DNA of 64,000 bases. It comes from Octopus bimaculoides (taxonomy: Eukaryota). The notes under the pieces were generated by a model that did no database searches, was not told the origin of the DNA, and saw only the letters and a list, made by a program, of their open reading frames with translations. The stretch is taken from positions 14,810,728 to 14,874,727 of the forward strand of contig NC_068998.1 in assembly GCF_001194135.2 (NCBI RefSeq). The letters are read 5' to 3'. Numbering within the stretch: position 1 is the stretch's first letter; the number at the start of each line of letters is the position of its first letter. The position numbers and the translations under genes were made by a program. Shown in pieces: positions 27,003-40,766 of the stretch.

Positions 27003-27182
27003 GTGGCGAGATGGCAGAATTGTTAGAGCACCAGAACAACGCCTCGCAACTTTCTGGCTCTTTATATTCAGAGATCAAATCCCACTCGAAAAATCAAATG
27101 ATCAGTGAAGTACTTGGTTGAAGGTATTGTCTAATCCCCTCCACTCAAAAGTTTTGTCCTTCTGCCAAAATAAGAAAATATT
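27003..27182 (+). mobile_element. Degenerate, internally deleted SINE family B copy
   Basis: gtggcgagatggcagaattgttagagcac head and tgtccttctgccaaaataagaaa 3' end. Confidence 0.55.
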
Positions 27183-27448
27183 AAGTAGTAGTTGTTTGAA
27201 AGTTAAATAACTCCATAATGTAAGGAACTACTACTATAAAATAAGAGAGACGTCATTCATTTCTATAACTTCATTAAAACTGTTCATTTTAAAACTGTGG
27301 TTGATTTTCATTGCTACTGATACATCAAATTGTGTTTTACTGGTGGAAGTTTATCAATATCATTTAAATTTCACTGAGACAAACTGGGCCTGGATAATTT
27401 GCATCCATACAAGCCGTAGTTAATAATAATAATGCCAACAACAACAAC

Positions 27449-27481
<33 letters not shown>

Positions 27482-27594
27482 TTTATTGGCTACAAGGGCC
27501 ACACAAAAAAACAAAAGACGATACAACACAAATGACAGTGGTGGTTTACATAAAGGGCGCGTAAGGAGTAATAAAAACAATAACAATTAGCAAA

Positions 27595-27718
27595 ACTCCC
27601 GAAAGGATGAAAGGTAAAGTCGACCTCGGCGGAATTTGAACTCAGAGCGTAGCGACAAGCGAAATACCGCTAAGAATTTCATCCAGTGCGCTATCAATTC
27701 TGCCAGCGCGCCGCCTTC
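27595..27718 (-). mobile_element. SINE family B, 5' half
   Basis: Reverse complement: aaggcggcgcgctggcagaattgatagcgcac...ctgagttcaaattccgccgaggtcgactttacctttcatcctttcggg. Confidence 0.85.
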
Positions 27719-29109
27719 AGACGTGGGACATAATGCGATGCCAAGGAGTATTTGCACAACAAAAGCAATGAGAGGAGAAGAGACGAGTGAATAGGAAACG
27801 TATGAGTGGAGATGACATGAATACAGCCAAATATGAGGAAATATTAGAGGTCATTACGGTAACGGTACTTTTACAATACAATATCTTAAATATATTTTAC
27901 ATCAGGCACTGCTATCGAAGTTACTCGATATCTTTCATGAACTTCCTTGCAGACCAAAATCCTTGCTTTTCTTCTATTTAAATATCTTCAACACTCTAAA
28001 CTTTAATCCAGCGTGCAATAGGAATTATTCGGTTTATGAAACCCGACATTACAAAATACAGAAACCATCATGACTTTAGAACTTCGAAATTTTCCTTTAT
28101 TTAAGATAAGTCTGAAATTTAAATGACATCCTACTGTTATTTACAAGTAGGTTAACGACCACAAAATTCTCGATTTGGTTTCCATAATAACAATGCTTCT
28201 CAATGAAGTGACAACTTTATATGTCTTCGATGACATGAGGATTTTTTTCAGCTTCTAATTTTCGTAATAATAAGTTTAATATATTAGCTCTTTTCTATAT
28301 ATCTTGTTTCAAATATTTTTTTCTCGGAATTTATTTATTTTCGTCTGCTCTTATATCATTAATTTTCTTCATCCAATTACTTTTTGTGTTGACGTACGCA
28401 GTCTCCAGTCGAATAGTTTGTTATTTTTGCAATGTCCATTCTCCTGATATTCCTTTCACATATTACACACTATAGAGTTTTAACCATCTGCCCAGCTCCC
28501 TACCTCTCGCGCACAGATGCACTCTCACTCACATAGATACATACATAAATATAACTGAGTGCGTCTCTGTGTGCGTGTGTATCTTTGTCCATTTAAGTGC
28601 GTCAGTATTAATGTATTAATCACACATGGTAGTTGCTCCATCGTCTGATGTCTTCTTTGGTTTCCTTATAGTCAATAGCCTTTCTGACTTACCGTCGTTA
28701 ACCTCTCAAATGTCTATTCAGTCTCGTTGGAGATCTGCATGCGTTGAACTCTAAGTAAACAGGAGAAAGTTGCAAATTACTGTGCACTTCCAATTACTCC
28801 TAATGGCAGGCCGAAGTAATATGACCAATAATCATCTAAAAACGTAGGTTTTACATAAGATTGTCACTCTCCTAAAAGGATGATGTGAGGACATCTTATC
28901 ATCCCTCACTCCATGTGGTTTTACAAGGGGTCCTGACTCCAACCAACGGTATTCCCAGTTGAGATGGATTGTCGGAGATTCTGACAAGTACTAATGCACT
29001 GAAGCAGAGTAGGACGGAGCACAGTAGTTGAAAACACTACTCGAAACCCTGGGACTCTTGAACCATAGCCCCATTATCAGAAGCAGCTTAATGTTACACC
29101 AAGAATATA

Positions 29110-29143
<34 letters not shown>

Positions 29144-29144
<1 letters not shown>

Positions 29145-29526
29145 TATTTTACTTGTTTCAGCCATTTGACTGCGGCCATGCTGGAGCACCGCCTTTTGTC
29201 GAGCAAATCGACCCCAGGACTTATTCTTTGTAAGCCCAGTACTTATTCCATCGGTCTCTTTTGCTGAACAGCTAAGTTACGGAGACGTAAACACACCAGC
29301 ATCAGTTGTCAAGCGATGTTGGGGGGACAAACACAGACACACAAACACACATACATGCATATATATAGATATATATATACGACGGGCTTCTTTAATTTTC
29401 CGTCTACCAAATCCACTCACAAGGCTTTGGTCGACTCAAGGCTATAGTAGAAGACACTTGTCCAAGGTGTCACGCAGTGGGACTGAACCCAGAACAATGT
29501 GGATGGTAAGCAAGCTACTTATCACA
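29144..29526 (-). mobile_element. SINE family A, near full length
   Basis: Reverse complement of the 6350 copy, including the internal microsatellite and both modules. Confidence 0.88.
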
Positions 29527-29673
29527 NNNNNNNNNNNNNNNNNNNNNNNNNNNNNNNNNNNNNNNNNNNNNNNNNNNNNNNNNNNNNNNNNNNNNNNNNN
29601 NNNNNNNNNNNNNNNNNNNNNNNNNNNNNNNNNNNNNNNNNNNNNNNNNNNNNNNNNNNNNNNNNNNNNNNNN

Positions 29674-29742
<69 letters not shown>

Positions 29743-30465
29743 TGTAGCATTAAGACATTTGATTCCCATTTGTCACGTCTTAAATAGGAATTCACTTCAT
29801 GTCAACTTGTGAAAAGGTATTCTAACTTGTAATGAAATTCGATACATTTAAGTCTGGAATTCAAATCAGTGCCGCGGCGCAGTTAAGTGATTTAGAAGTT
29901 CTCTTTATAACTTAAGAAGTTCGCTTTCTTAGAAGACGTTTGGATCGATTCTACGTCATGGCCTTTTATACGAATGTTCTTTTCCATGATATAGGATCAC
30001 CTACCCCATGTAAATGGATTTCAACAAAAGGAAATTGTGTGGAAAACTCTCAGAAGATTATGAGTCGTAATTCAAAAGGCTATCGTATTACGTGCAGGAC
30101 GCTCGCGTGTACAGATTATTCAACTAATTCGCATGGTAATGCAATGAATAGGGTGAACGAGCAAAGGGAATATACTTCTTTGAAAAGAATAGAAATGCTT
30201 ACTTTGTTGATTGGAATGAGTATAACGTGAGTGCGTGTGTTGTGATTGTGATATAATAATTCTACTCCTAACAGCATCAGATTATAATTCACTATCGCAG
30301 TCCATTTCTTCGATTATATACATTTATTATGTATGTACTAACAGATGTTTATACGCACACACACACACGCATACACACACAGAGACACACGCACAGACAC
30401 ACACACAAACACAAATACAGACAGACTCTCACACACAGACACACACATACACATACACACACAGA

Positions 30466-30880
<415 letters not shown>

Positions 30881-31406
30881 TAATTCCCACTTCACCATTT
30901 TTGAAATCAGTCAAAGTTTTCTACGGCGTTCTTTATGAGACTGACAAGGTGAATTAAGTTTCTACCACTCGAGGACGGTGTAATGGGTCACAGATCAAGA
31001 TTAATCAAATCTGAAATTAGCGCTGACATTACTCCATCTCACTGGCTGTACGGATCTTGTCAGTCGTTAGAAAAGTGCTCTCACGAGGCTAAGAGTTGTT
31101 TTGACTCTTATTTCTGGCAATATTCGTGCTCACTAATACGCTCCGTCATTTTAGTTACGACTATACTTGTTACCTTTCGGTTGTACATCGCGAATAGCCA
31201 TCTTAATAATTTGTGTGTGTGTGTTAATACAAACGTGTGTGTGGTCCCTGGTAATAATAAAAAAGACATGAACAAGTTCAATGAACTTATAGTGGGTAGT
31301 TGAAAATGTAATGTTTCAGTGGTTGAAAGAGATACAGGCCATTATATCATTCACTTATCAGTGTGCGGCATCTTCGCACAGAATGAATCAATATTCTCTA
31401 GGAAAC

Positions 31407-31630
31407 AAGGCGACGAGCTGGCAGAAACGTTAGCACGCCGGCCGAAATGCTTAGCGGTATTTGGTCTGTCTTTGTGCTCTGAGTTCAAATTCCGCCGAGG
31501 TCGACTTTACCTTTCATCCTTTCGGGGTCGATAAATTAAGTTCCAGTTGCGTACTGAAGTCGATTTAATCGACTCACCCCCTTCCCAAAAATTTCGGGCC
31601 TTGTGCCTTGAGTAGTAAAAGAAAAGAATA
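31407..31630 (+). mobile_element. SINE family B (tRNA head and Nin/Deu-like domain), full length
   Basis: aaggcgacgagctggcagaaacgttagcacg; gagttcaaattcc B-box; cctttcatcctttcggggtcgataaattaagt resembles the Nin-DC/DeuSINE domain. Confidence 0.88.
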
Positions 31631-31697
31631 GTTTTTGAATGGAATAAGGTAGATATCGTTTCGTCTTCATGTTATCGGAAGACATATGCATTCACAA

Positions 31698-31900
31698 AAG
31701 GCGGTGAGCTGGTAGAATCGTTAGCACGCCGGGTGAAATGCTGAGTGGTATTTCGCCTGCTGCTACGTTCCGAGTTCAAATTTCGCCGAGTTCGACTTTG
31801 TTTTCCAGCCTTTCGGGGTCGACAGTAAGTACCAGCTGAACACTTGGGTTGATGTAATCAACTTATCCCAAGCTGCCCTGAAGGCAAAAAATTTGGAATA
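31698..31900 (+). mobile_element. SINE family B copy
   Basis: aaggcggtgagctggtagaatcgttagcacgccgg...cctttcggggtcgacagtaagtaccag. Confidence 0.85.
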
Positions 31901-31914
31901 ATCATATATATATA

Positions 31915-31958
31915 TTTATTTATGTGTTTCAGCCAAGTGGCTGCGGTCATGCTGGTAT
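31915..31958 (-). mobile_element. 3' tip of SINE family A
   Basis: gtttcagccaagtggctgcggtcatgctgg. Confidence 0.55.
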
Positions 31959-32930
31959 ATATATATATATATATATAAACACACAACAACTCACTCAAAA
32001 GACATGCACAGACATATATATTAAGGCACAACAGTATTCCAATTTCATTTTCAAAATTATTGATTTTTCATAATTAATTATTAGTCACATATATTTTATT
32101 TGGATCAGCAACGGTTCTGAACCCATTGAAGTTTCAGTACAGAGTCGGTCGACAAGCAGTTACAAAGTTCTGAAATGAGAGTTGCTATTGCGGAGTTTTG
32201 CAGGTGGCAGCAAGGGACCACAGGGATGAGTACCTGACTGAAGCAATTATCGTAAAATCAACGCGTTCATATCACCATTTCGTATACGAGATATGACCTA
32301 CCGATAAGGGCATTAGACATTAATGACGTTAGGAACGCTAATATTTCCAAATTAGACCCAAGTGACTAATAAACGAATATGGAAACTGTTAGATAAAAAA
32401 TAACGAAACTCCACGCACGCGCATCTTCAATGAAACGGCAGATTTTTTTTCTCACCTTCGCCACTTTCTCTCCCTCTCTCTCTTTTAGATATCTGTTTGT
32501 GTATGTATGTATACATATATGTGAGCGTATATATATCTATATATATANNNNNNNNNNNNNNNNNNNNNNNNNNNNNNNNNNNNNNNNNNNNNNNNNNNNN
32601 NNNNNNNNNNNNNNNNNNNNNNNNNNNNNNNNNNNNNNNNNNNNNNNNNNNNNNNNNNNNNNNNNNNNNNNNNNNNNNNNNNNNNNNNNNNNNNNNNNNN
32701 NNNNNNNNNNNNNNNNNNNNNNNNNNNNNNNNNNNNNNNNNNNNNNNNNNNNNNNNNNNNNNNNNNNNNNNNNNNNNNNNNNNNNNNNNNNNNNNNNNNN
32801 NNNNNNNNNNNNNNNNNNNNNNNNNNNNNNNNNNNNNNNNNNNNNNNNNNNNNNNNNNNNNNNNNNNNNNNNNNNNNNNNNNNNNNNNNNNNNNNNNNNN
32901 NNNNNNNNNNNNNNNNNNNNNNNNNNNNNT

Positions 32931-33700
32931 CCCCCATGGCTCCTAAGTAAACGCTGGAAGGTAAACTGGCTATGATAAAACGCCATGAAAAAGGTGAAAA
33001 ACTGGTAGCAATTGCACGATATTTTGGTATGAGTTGGACAACTCTATCGACGATTGTACGTATTAAGGACAAGATTTTAGTACATATCAAATCTGAAGCC
33101 CCAACGATGAACAACACTGTCATCAATAAGAAAAGAGGCAAAATCTTTTCAAGAAATGGAAAGTCTTCTTTCTCTTTGGATTGTTAGGTTGAATCGTCAG
33201 CGTGCTACTATTAGTCAAAAAGTCATTCAAAAGAAAGCGTTGTCTTTGTTTGAGGACCTGCAGAAAAAATATCCAGATAAGAAAGATGTAGAGTTCAAGG
33301 CAAGTCAAGGATGGTTCATGAGAAGCAAGGTGAAAGTGCATCAGCTAATGAGCAACGGAATTTCCTAATGCATTAAAGAAATCCATCGAAGAAAAGGGGT
33401 TTCTTCCCGAACAGATTTTTAATTTAGATGTAACTGGATTGTATTGGGAAACATTGCCAGACCGTTCATTCTTTTCCAAGGAGAAGAAAACTATTCCAGG
33501 CTACAAGGTCTCAAAAGAACTTGTGACCATTATGTTAGGAGGTAATTGTGCAGGAGATTTTAAGTTAAAGTAATCGCTTATGTATCCTGCACACAACTCC
33601 CTTACCCTAAAGAACATACCCAGGGTATCTGTCCCTATTATATGGATGGCTAATTCAAAAGTATGAGTTACTGTTGAGTTACTGTGATGCTTTATCAAAC
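32931..33700 (+). mobile_element. Tigger/pogo transposase relic (two CENP-B-type HTH domains and start of the DDE domain)
   Basis: MIKRHEKGEKLVAIARYFGMSWTTLSTI; MESLLSLWI...QKKALSLFEDL...FKASQGWF; EQIFNLDVTGLYW; KVSKELVTIMLGGNCAGDFKLK. Frameshifts and stops. Confidence 0.88.
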
Positions 33701-34024
33701 TGATTGAGGGATATGTGCACTAGGAAGGAGCTTTAGGCACCCCCTTATTCTTGACTTAGCGGAACAAGCAGGATCGAGCATCTGTTCTGAGAGTGGATTT
33801 TGCCAGCAGCGCCTGACTGGTATTAATTTCATCTAAATATACTAGAGCAGCGTAAAATGAATTTAATTTTCTCTAAGATACTCCATACTCCAATCAAATC
33901 CACAACCTTATACTAATGAGTGCCTTCTTGTTAATTTTCTAGAAAACAGGAGTGATTAAATTCATAATTATATAAAGTCATGCAAACGATTAGAGTGAAG
34001 ATTTTCTATTAGAAATCATATCCA

Positions 34025-34070
34025 GTCATCTGATGAATGTCTCATCTAGCATGAGATTGAAATTCATGGC
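34025..34070 (+). ncRNA. Candidate minimal type-I hammerhead ribozyme relic
   Basis: Stem I gtcat/atggc (5 bp, one G.U), core CTGATGA, stem II tctcat/atgaga, then GAAA-T-TC. Stem III is one nucleotide short. Confidence 0.45.
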
Positions 34071-34249
34071 AAAGCGGAATCTGTTATCTATCACATTAAA
34101 ATAATTCCTTTGCAATTGTGTGGTAAGTAGCAATTTTTGAGGGTTACGCTGAATTATAAACTATTATAGTCTATCTATTCATAATTACTCAATCATCACA
34201 ACATGATAGACTTTTAACCCCATTGCTTATTAGTTCGGCTATTTGTTTG

Positions 34250-34760
34250 ATTACCATCCGCAAAAAAGACTGTCCTGAAATAAACTTACAAAATCACTCT
34301 GTTGTGGAATATATTTATAAACACCAACTCAAGGAATACTGGTAGAATATTCCCATCAAAACTTCTGTCAAATGTAAATATAACAGGTCAGATGCCCTGC
34401 AGATATAAATGTCTTTTTGAAAATCAAAGAGGATATCTATGGACAACTGGTTCAAAACCTGCAGATTCTATATCCAGACTATGAATTCATATTCATACCA
34501 ATAATAATTGGAGCACTAGGTTTTGTTAGTAAATGCTTAAACGAGAATCTAGATAAACTGGAATTTTCACAAATAGAAATCGACCGGCTAATTCCTACAT
34601 TACAAGTGGAATCTGTGAGTGGAACAGTAAAAATGCGCAAGACTTTTCTCAATTTCCAAATGTGAATTTGTCTGTGTTACCTACATCCTAAAGATGAGGC
34701 CTTCTATCTTTGTTGGAAACCGACTCCCTCCTCAGTTGAAGATTTATAATAATTAAAAAA
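34250..34760 (+). mobile_element. 3' end of an RLE-type non-LTR retrotransposon (R4/Dong- or NeSL-like)
   Basis: YW*NIPIKTSVKCKYNRSD, CPADINV, EDIYGQLVQNLQILYPDYEFIFIPIIIGALG...LQVESVSGTVK match restriction-like endonuclease C-termini; A-rich tail. Confidence 0.75.
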
Positions 34761-34767
34761 TAGAAGA

Positions 34768-35134
34768 GACATGGGAGTTGCTGAGTGGTAAGTAGCTTGC
34801 TTACCAACCACATGGTTCTGGGTTCAGTTCCACTATGTGCACATTGGGCAAGTATCTTCTACTATAACATCGGGCCGACCAAAGCCTTGTGAGTGGATTT
34901 GGTACTCGGAAACTGAAAGAAGCCCGTCGTGTATATATATATGTATGTATGTATGTATNNNNNNNNNNNNNNNNNNNNNNNNNNNNNNNNNNNNNNNNNN
35001 NNNNNNNNNNNNNNNNNNNNNNNNNNNNNNNNNNNNNNNNNNNNNNNNNNNNNNNNNNNNNNNNNNNNNNNNNNNNNNNNNNNNNNNNNNNNNNNNNNNN
35101 NNNNNNNNNNNNNNNNNNNNNNNNNNTATATATA

Positions 35135-35170
<36 letters not shown>

Positions 35171-35405
35171 TGTATGTATGTGTTTGTGTGTCTATGCTTG
35201 CTCCCGCTCCACTACCACCATCGCTTGACAATCAATGTTGGTGTATTTACGTCCCCGTAACTTTAGCGGTTCAGCAAAAGAGACCGGTAAAATAATTACT
35301 AGGCTTACAAAGAATAAGTCCTGGGGTCGATTTTTTTCGACTAAAAGCGGTGCTCTAGCATGGCCGCAGTCAAATGACTGAAACAAATAAAAGAATAAAT
35401 TAATA
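34768..35405 (+). mobile_element. SINE family A with the gap inside its internal microsatellite
   Basis: Head, CORE-like segment and 3' module all align with the 6350 copy. Confidence 0.88.
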
Positions 35406-35689
35406 AAAGATCATATGCGCATAAATACATATATACAAACAAAAATACACGCTAGAATTATAAAAGGAGAAGATAATAAAGTGCTGTTAACCAGCAAATT
35501 TAGTTTAGAAGGTATTTTGAAAACATGGTCACCTGTTCTGCCAGAAGGAGCAGCCAAGTCAGACATAAATCCAAATCCACCCAAACGCTTTCAATAATGA
35601 TTATGTTGAATAATATAGCTACAGGTACAGAACAGGACTCACAGGCTTAGCTTTGTTATCTCATTTTGTCTAATATATATATATAAAAA

Positions 35690-35821
<132 letters not shown>

Positions 35822-35822
<1 letters not shown>

Positions 35823-35995
35823 ATGCAGGCCTTGCTGTATGGTCAGAAATTTTCTCCCCAACCACGTTGTTTTGCGTTCAGCCCCAATGCGTATCACCTT
35901 GAGCAAGTGTTTTCTATTGTAGCTTCGTGATGGCCAAAGCCTTCTCAGTGAATTTGCTGAATGAAAACTAAAAGAATCCCGACACAAACACACAT
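35822..35995 (+). mobile_element. Diverged SINE family A, 5' half
   Basis: gcaggccttgctgtatggtcagaa...accttgagcaagtgttttctattgtagc...aaaactaaaagaatcccgac. Confidence 0.65.
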
Positions 35996-36837
35996 TATAT
36001 ATANNNNNNNNNNNNNNNNNNNNNNNNNNNNNNNNNNNNNNNNNNNNNNNNNNNNNNNNNNNNNNNNNNNNNNNNNNNNNNNNNNNNNNNNNNNNNNNNN
36101 NNNNNNNNNNNNNNNNNNNNNNNNNNNNNNNNNNNNNNNNNNNNNNNNNNNNNNNNNNNNNNNNNNNNNNNNNNNNNNNNNNNNNNNNNNNNNNNNNNNN
36201 NNNNNNNNNNNNNNNNNNNNNNNNNNNNTATATATATACATCCCAACTATGGCTATATTAGAGTACAGCCATTGTGATTCAAGTAACATAGTTCCATGTA
36301 CAAACTAACATTGCTCTAGTTAGACACATGTCGTGATCAAAATAGTAGAATCAAAAATAAATACTACTAGTAATGCTTCACGACGCCTATCATTTGAAGA
36401 TAAATGTCCTACCATTATCTGGTCAGAATATTCGAAGAAAAAGTTATCATCGTATTTAATTGAATGATATATATCTTCAAAGTCAATTATATTTTTTGCT
36501 AGTAAAAACTATTGCAATTCAATTATATCCTAGTAATTAATAAACGACACAGCTGTTTGCTTTATCTACCGGTACTTTAATAACAATTATTGAGCAACTA
36601 ATTAGATACAATTGATTAAAAAATATGTAGGTATATTCGGTGAGTCATCTTGCTTGCATTCAAAATAATGAGGTAGAGAGGAACAAAATTAAGATATTGT
36701 GTGTAGATTGTGAATCTAATATTTTGTAGTTTTCAACAGTTTGTTAACAATTCAGTAAATAGTAGTTACAGGGATTCATATAAAATATTACACACAAATA
36801 CATACACACATATATTCATGTAATACACACACACACT

Positions 36838-36872
<35 letters not shown>

Positions 36873-36879
36873 ATGTATA

Positions 36880-37037
36880 TACGACGGGCTTCTTTCAGTT
36901 TCCGCCTACAAAATCCACTCACAAGTCTTTGGCCGTCCCGAAGCAGTGGTAGAAGATACTTGGTCAAGGAGTCACGCAATGGGATTAAACCCGGAACCAA
37001 TGGTTGGAAACCACAAGCTTCTTACTACACACTGCCA
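36880..37037 (-). mobile_element. SINE family A, 5' half ending in its microsatellite
   Basis: acgacgggcttctttcagtttccgcctacaaaatccactcacaa...ccggaacca. Confidence 0.8.
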
Positions 37038-37799
37038 GTTTTTGTGATGTTTTGATGTTTTTGAAGCTTGAAGAGTACAAATGCACACACACGTACACAC
37101 ACNNNNNNNNNNNNNNNNNNNNNNNNNNNNNNNNNNNNNNNNNNNNNNNNNNNNNNNNNNNNNNNNNNNNNNNNNNNNNNNNNNNNNNNNNNNNNNNNNN
37201 NNNNNNNNNNNNNNNNNNNNNNNNNNNNNNNNNNNNNNNATATATATACATATATATGCATGACATACACGTAAATTAATCATGCTCTGTGCAAATTTCG
37301 GGCGAACGAAACCTATCCAAGTAAGTTGATAAACTCACTTAAATATATTTTGAGCTCAATAGTTTCTGTATTATATTTGACATAATTATGTACACTGAAG
37401 AGATGAGTGAATCATATGAACTTATAGTTTCTAATAAACCGAAACATTATGAGTAGGACTGAATTTCTGTACTGTATAAAAATACTTATGTATTACATTG
37501 TTAGTGTATTCTAATGAACTCCGATTTACATGCGCCTCGCATTTTCGGTTCTTTAAAATCTCCGGAGTAGTGCATCATGGTGGAGATATGTATGGATTAC
37601 TGTCTATTTACTCAATTTTTGATTTCGCCTTTTATTATTTAGTAAAATTTGTAGAGCATGAAATGAAATACTTAGTGGTACTTAGATCACGAGCCACTAC
37701 GTTTTGAGATCGAATCACACCGGGGGACATTTTTTCTTTTATTTTCGAATCCATCAAATAAGTACTCCCGACATGAATAAGCTAACTTATGAACTAGAC

Positions 37800-38115
37800 C
37801 AGCGTTTCCAAACCATTTCTTATCTATGGATTCCTTTTAGAACTATTTTACTCTGGTGGACCCCCATAGCCATTTGAAGATTTCTTTCCAAATTCCAATT
37901 TTGTTTTGTCATACATTAACTTGTGTAGATTGGACTACATGAAACGACAGAGAAAAAAACCGCTGACTCCTGCAATAAATATACCCGAAATAAAAATTTT
38001 CACCGTCCCCTCAAATACTACTATAGATCCCCAATTTAGTATTTTCTGGCGTAAACTACCCCAAATTCTTACATGCACCACCAGGATTCATTTAAAACCT
38101 GGTTGAGAACCACTG
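37800..38115. mobile_element. hAT (Charlie-like) MITE
   Basis: Termini cagcgtttccaaacc / ggttgagaaccactg; 8-bp flanks aactagac / atctaaac (6/8 identical), fitting the TCTARA-type target preference of Charlie elements. Confidence 0.7.
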
Positions 38116-38913
38116 ATCTAAACCATTCCTGCCATAAATAATTCGCCCGTTTATAGCGCATTGCATATCTAAAGATACATTCGATAAAGTGCCCCTGTTT
38201 TTACAAAATTGTAGAAAGTAATTGATTGGGATTTATTTTACACATGTACCAAACTTATGTAGGTATATCTCGTCAGATGGTGCCTAAGTCAGGAACCATT
38301 GCTGACACACATCAGCATGACGTCGGACGAGATGCGTTGTGGTGTTTAGTTCATATCCCTTTACGTTCTGAGTTATAAATCTGCTTTTAGAATAATCTCA
38401 GCTCGCTGCCTTCCGAAATCAACAAACTGGGCAATAGTTTATATAATGGAGTTGATGCAATCGAACACACTCCGGACATGTTTTATACAGACAAACAAAT
38501 CTTTTTCCTGTTTCAATTTAAACGTATAACAAGTTTGCGTAGGACATGATAAATCTTACATCACCACCATATTAACACAGCTCTTCACAAATTATTTATC
38601 AAGCATTTAAATGTATGCATACTTAAGTGTAATAGTAAAATATCATTTCTGTTTTCCCATATCACACAGCTTATGAATGATTACCAATGCTTAACGAGAT
38701 AAACATCACCCAATATATTTTGTTATTCATCAGAAGAGAAGATTCTATCATATATCTTGTCCATATGAATTAATGTTAACAGAATAGCAATAGATATGGG
38801 ATAAGATAGTAAACGAAAAACTTGAATATTTATAAATGTAAATAAATATACAGGCATACGCACCACACATTCAAACGGAAACATATAATTATGTATGTAT
38901 ATGTGTGTATATG

Positions 38914-38946
<33 letters not shown>

Positions 38947-40339
38947 GGTGGGGGGATATATATACACGCACACACACACAAACATATATGAAACACATTC
39001 ACATACATATCTACGTATGTGTGTGTGTGAGAAAATAGGAAGATGGAGACAGACACATAAACAGCAAATTGTAGAGGAGACAATGAATTATGGTACAAGA
39101 AATAATAATACCCCAAGTCAGCGTGTTAAGCCGTGTGGAGAAGATAAAAACATCAATGTTTTAAACAGACTATTTATCAAGATAGAGAAATTATAAAACA
39201 GTGAAAACGATTTGATGCCTACTTTTGCTTCTTTTTTCTGTAATGAATTTTAAGTGATACCAGAGTGACTATTCGATATGTAGTTTCGAACCAATAAGAG
39301 TGTAAGTAGAAATAGACATGTGCAATATACAGGTCCCGAACAGATGTCGAAATAAAGGTAGCAGCAATTTTGTGTTCGCTAGAGTTTCTGAACATTACAA
39401 CATATGTGTATGTGTGTATGAGTAACTGAGTCGAATGACTGGGTGGATATATGTACGATATTATTTGAAACTTGATGATTGAAATAGTTGAACTGTGTAA
39501 TTATATGTGTCACAATACGAAAGAAGGATAACAGGATAAGAGAAGTGATTAGAAAAATTAATCGATTGTTTGTTCCAGCGAAAGTAAATGTTCCTAGCAG
39601 AATAATTAATCACAATAAATGTAAAAGTCGGGTACATATATATTTGAAGTGTGTATAAATATACATATGTATATACATATAAATACATACATACACGCGC
39701 CGCGCGCGCACACAGACACAGACACACACATCATCATCATCATCATCACTTTATAAGATATGTGTTAACTCTTTAATTTATTTTTAAACCTTAACCTAAT
39801 AGATCCCCTAATATTTAATTCTAACTCTTATTCCTAGATAATATACATTCAACTGGTTTCTCAATTCATGACTACCTACACATTCATACCTCCATTGCTA
39901 AAAATATTTCTACACACACTGACCGTAGCCACGAGCACTTACTACTAGATTTCCTCCCCAACCCCTACAGACTAGAAGAATACTACTGGCACCTAGTATT
40001 CTCTTTGAAATCCTTTCATTTTACTATATTTTGTGTTTTTACTTTATCTTCCTTTACCTCCTCCTCCTCTATCCTTATTTACCCTTATATATTTATCTAT
40101 TTATTCATCTTCTTAGTTATTTTTATACACTATATTCTTATACACTATATACTTATATACCTTATTTTATCCTTAGTGCCAATCCCTCATTCTCTATACC
40201 ACTTTCTATTTATTAATTTTCTTTCTTCTAAAAACTTAATAGCCACCTCCGCTACCATTCTGTTATTGAACGTTGATACATCCGCACCTACTTCTGAATA
40301 TTTACACAATTAGGACTTTAACCTACATGGATATATGCT

Positions 40340-40620
40340 TCGTGGTTTACATGCCGTGAGCATATAACTCGTAGACAGGTGACATGATTCATTTCGACTC
40401 TTGCTGGGGTTCGTGATGTTGAAAGTCCACAAATAAGGCGAAACATCAATGTCCATCATTCCTAGATGGTCTGCAATGCTTGCAGTCGTGTATGCTTGTC
40501 AAGAGCAGGGCTCGTTCGCCACCAACGGAGCCGCAAGTACAGAATACAAGTTAGTCCTAGAGCGCACAATGTTCCTGAAGGTCAGCAATGGCCTTCCTCG
40601 GTCACGAGTGGACGGCCATC

Positions 40621-40625
<5 letters not shown>
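40340..40625 (+). mobile_element. RTE/BovB-like LINE 3' end
   Basis: CNACSRVCLSRAGLVRHQRSR matches the C-terminal C..C.R.C.SR.GL..H.R motif of RTE-BovB ORFs; followed by a short 3' UTR and microsatellite tail. Confidence 0.72.
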
Positions 40626-40655
<30 letters not shown>

Positions 40656-40666
40656 AACACACACAA

Positions 40667-40766
<100 letters not shown>

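Noticed and set aside
37394-37430. CTGAAGA-gatga..tcat-atgaac as a hammerhead
   Set aside because: No GAAA and no stem I partner.
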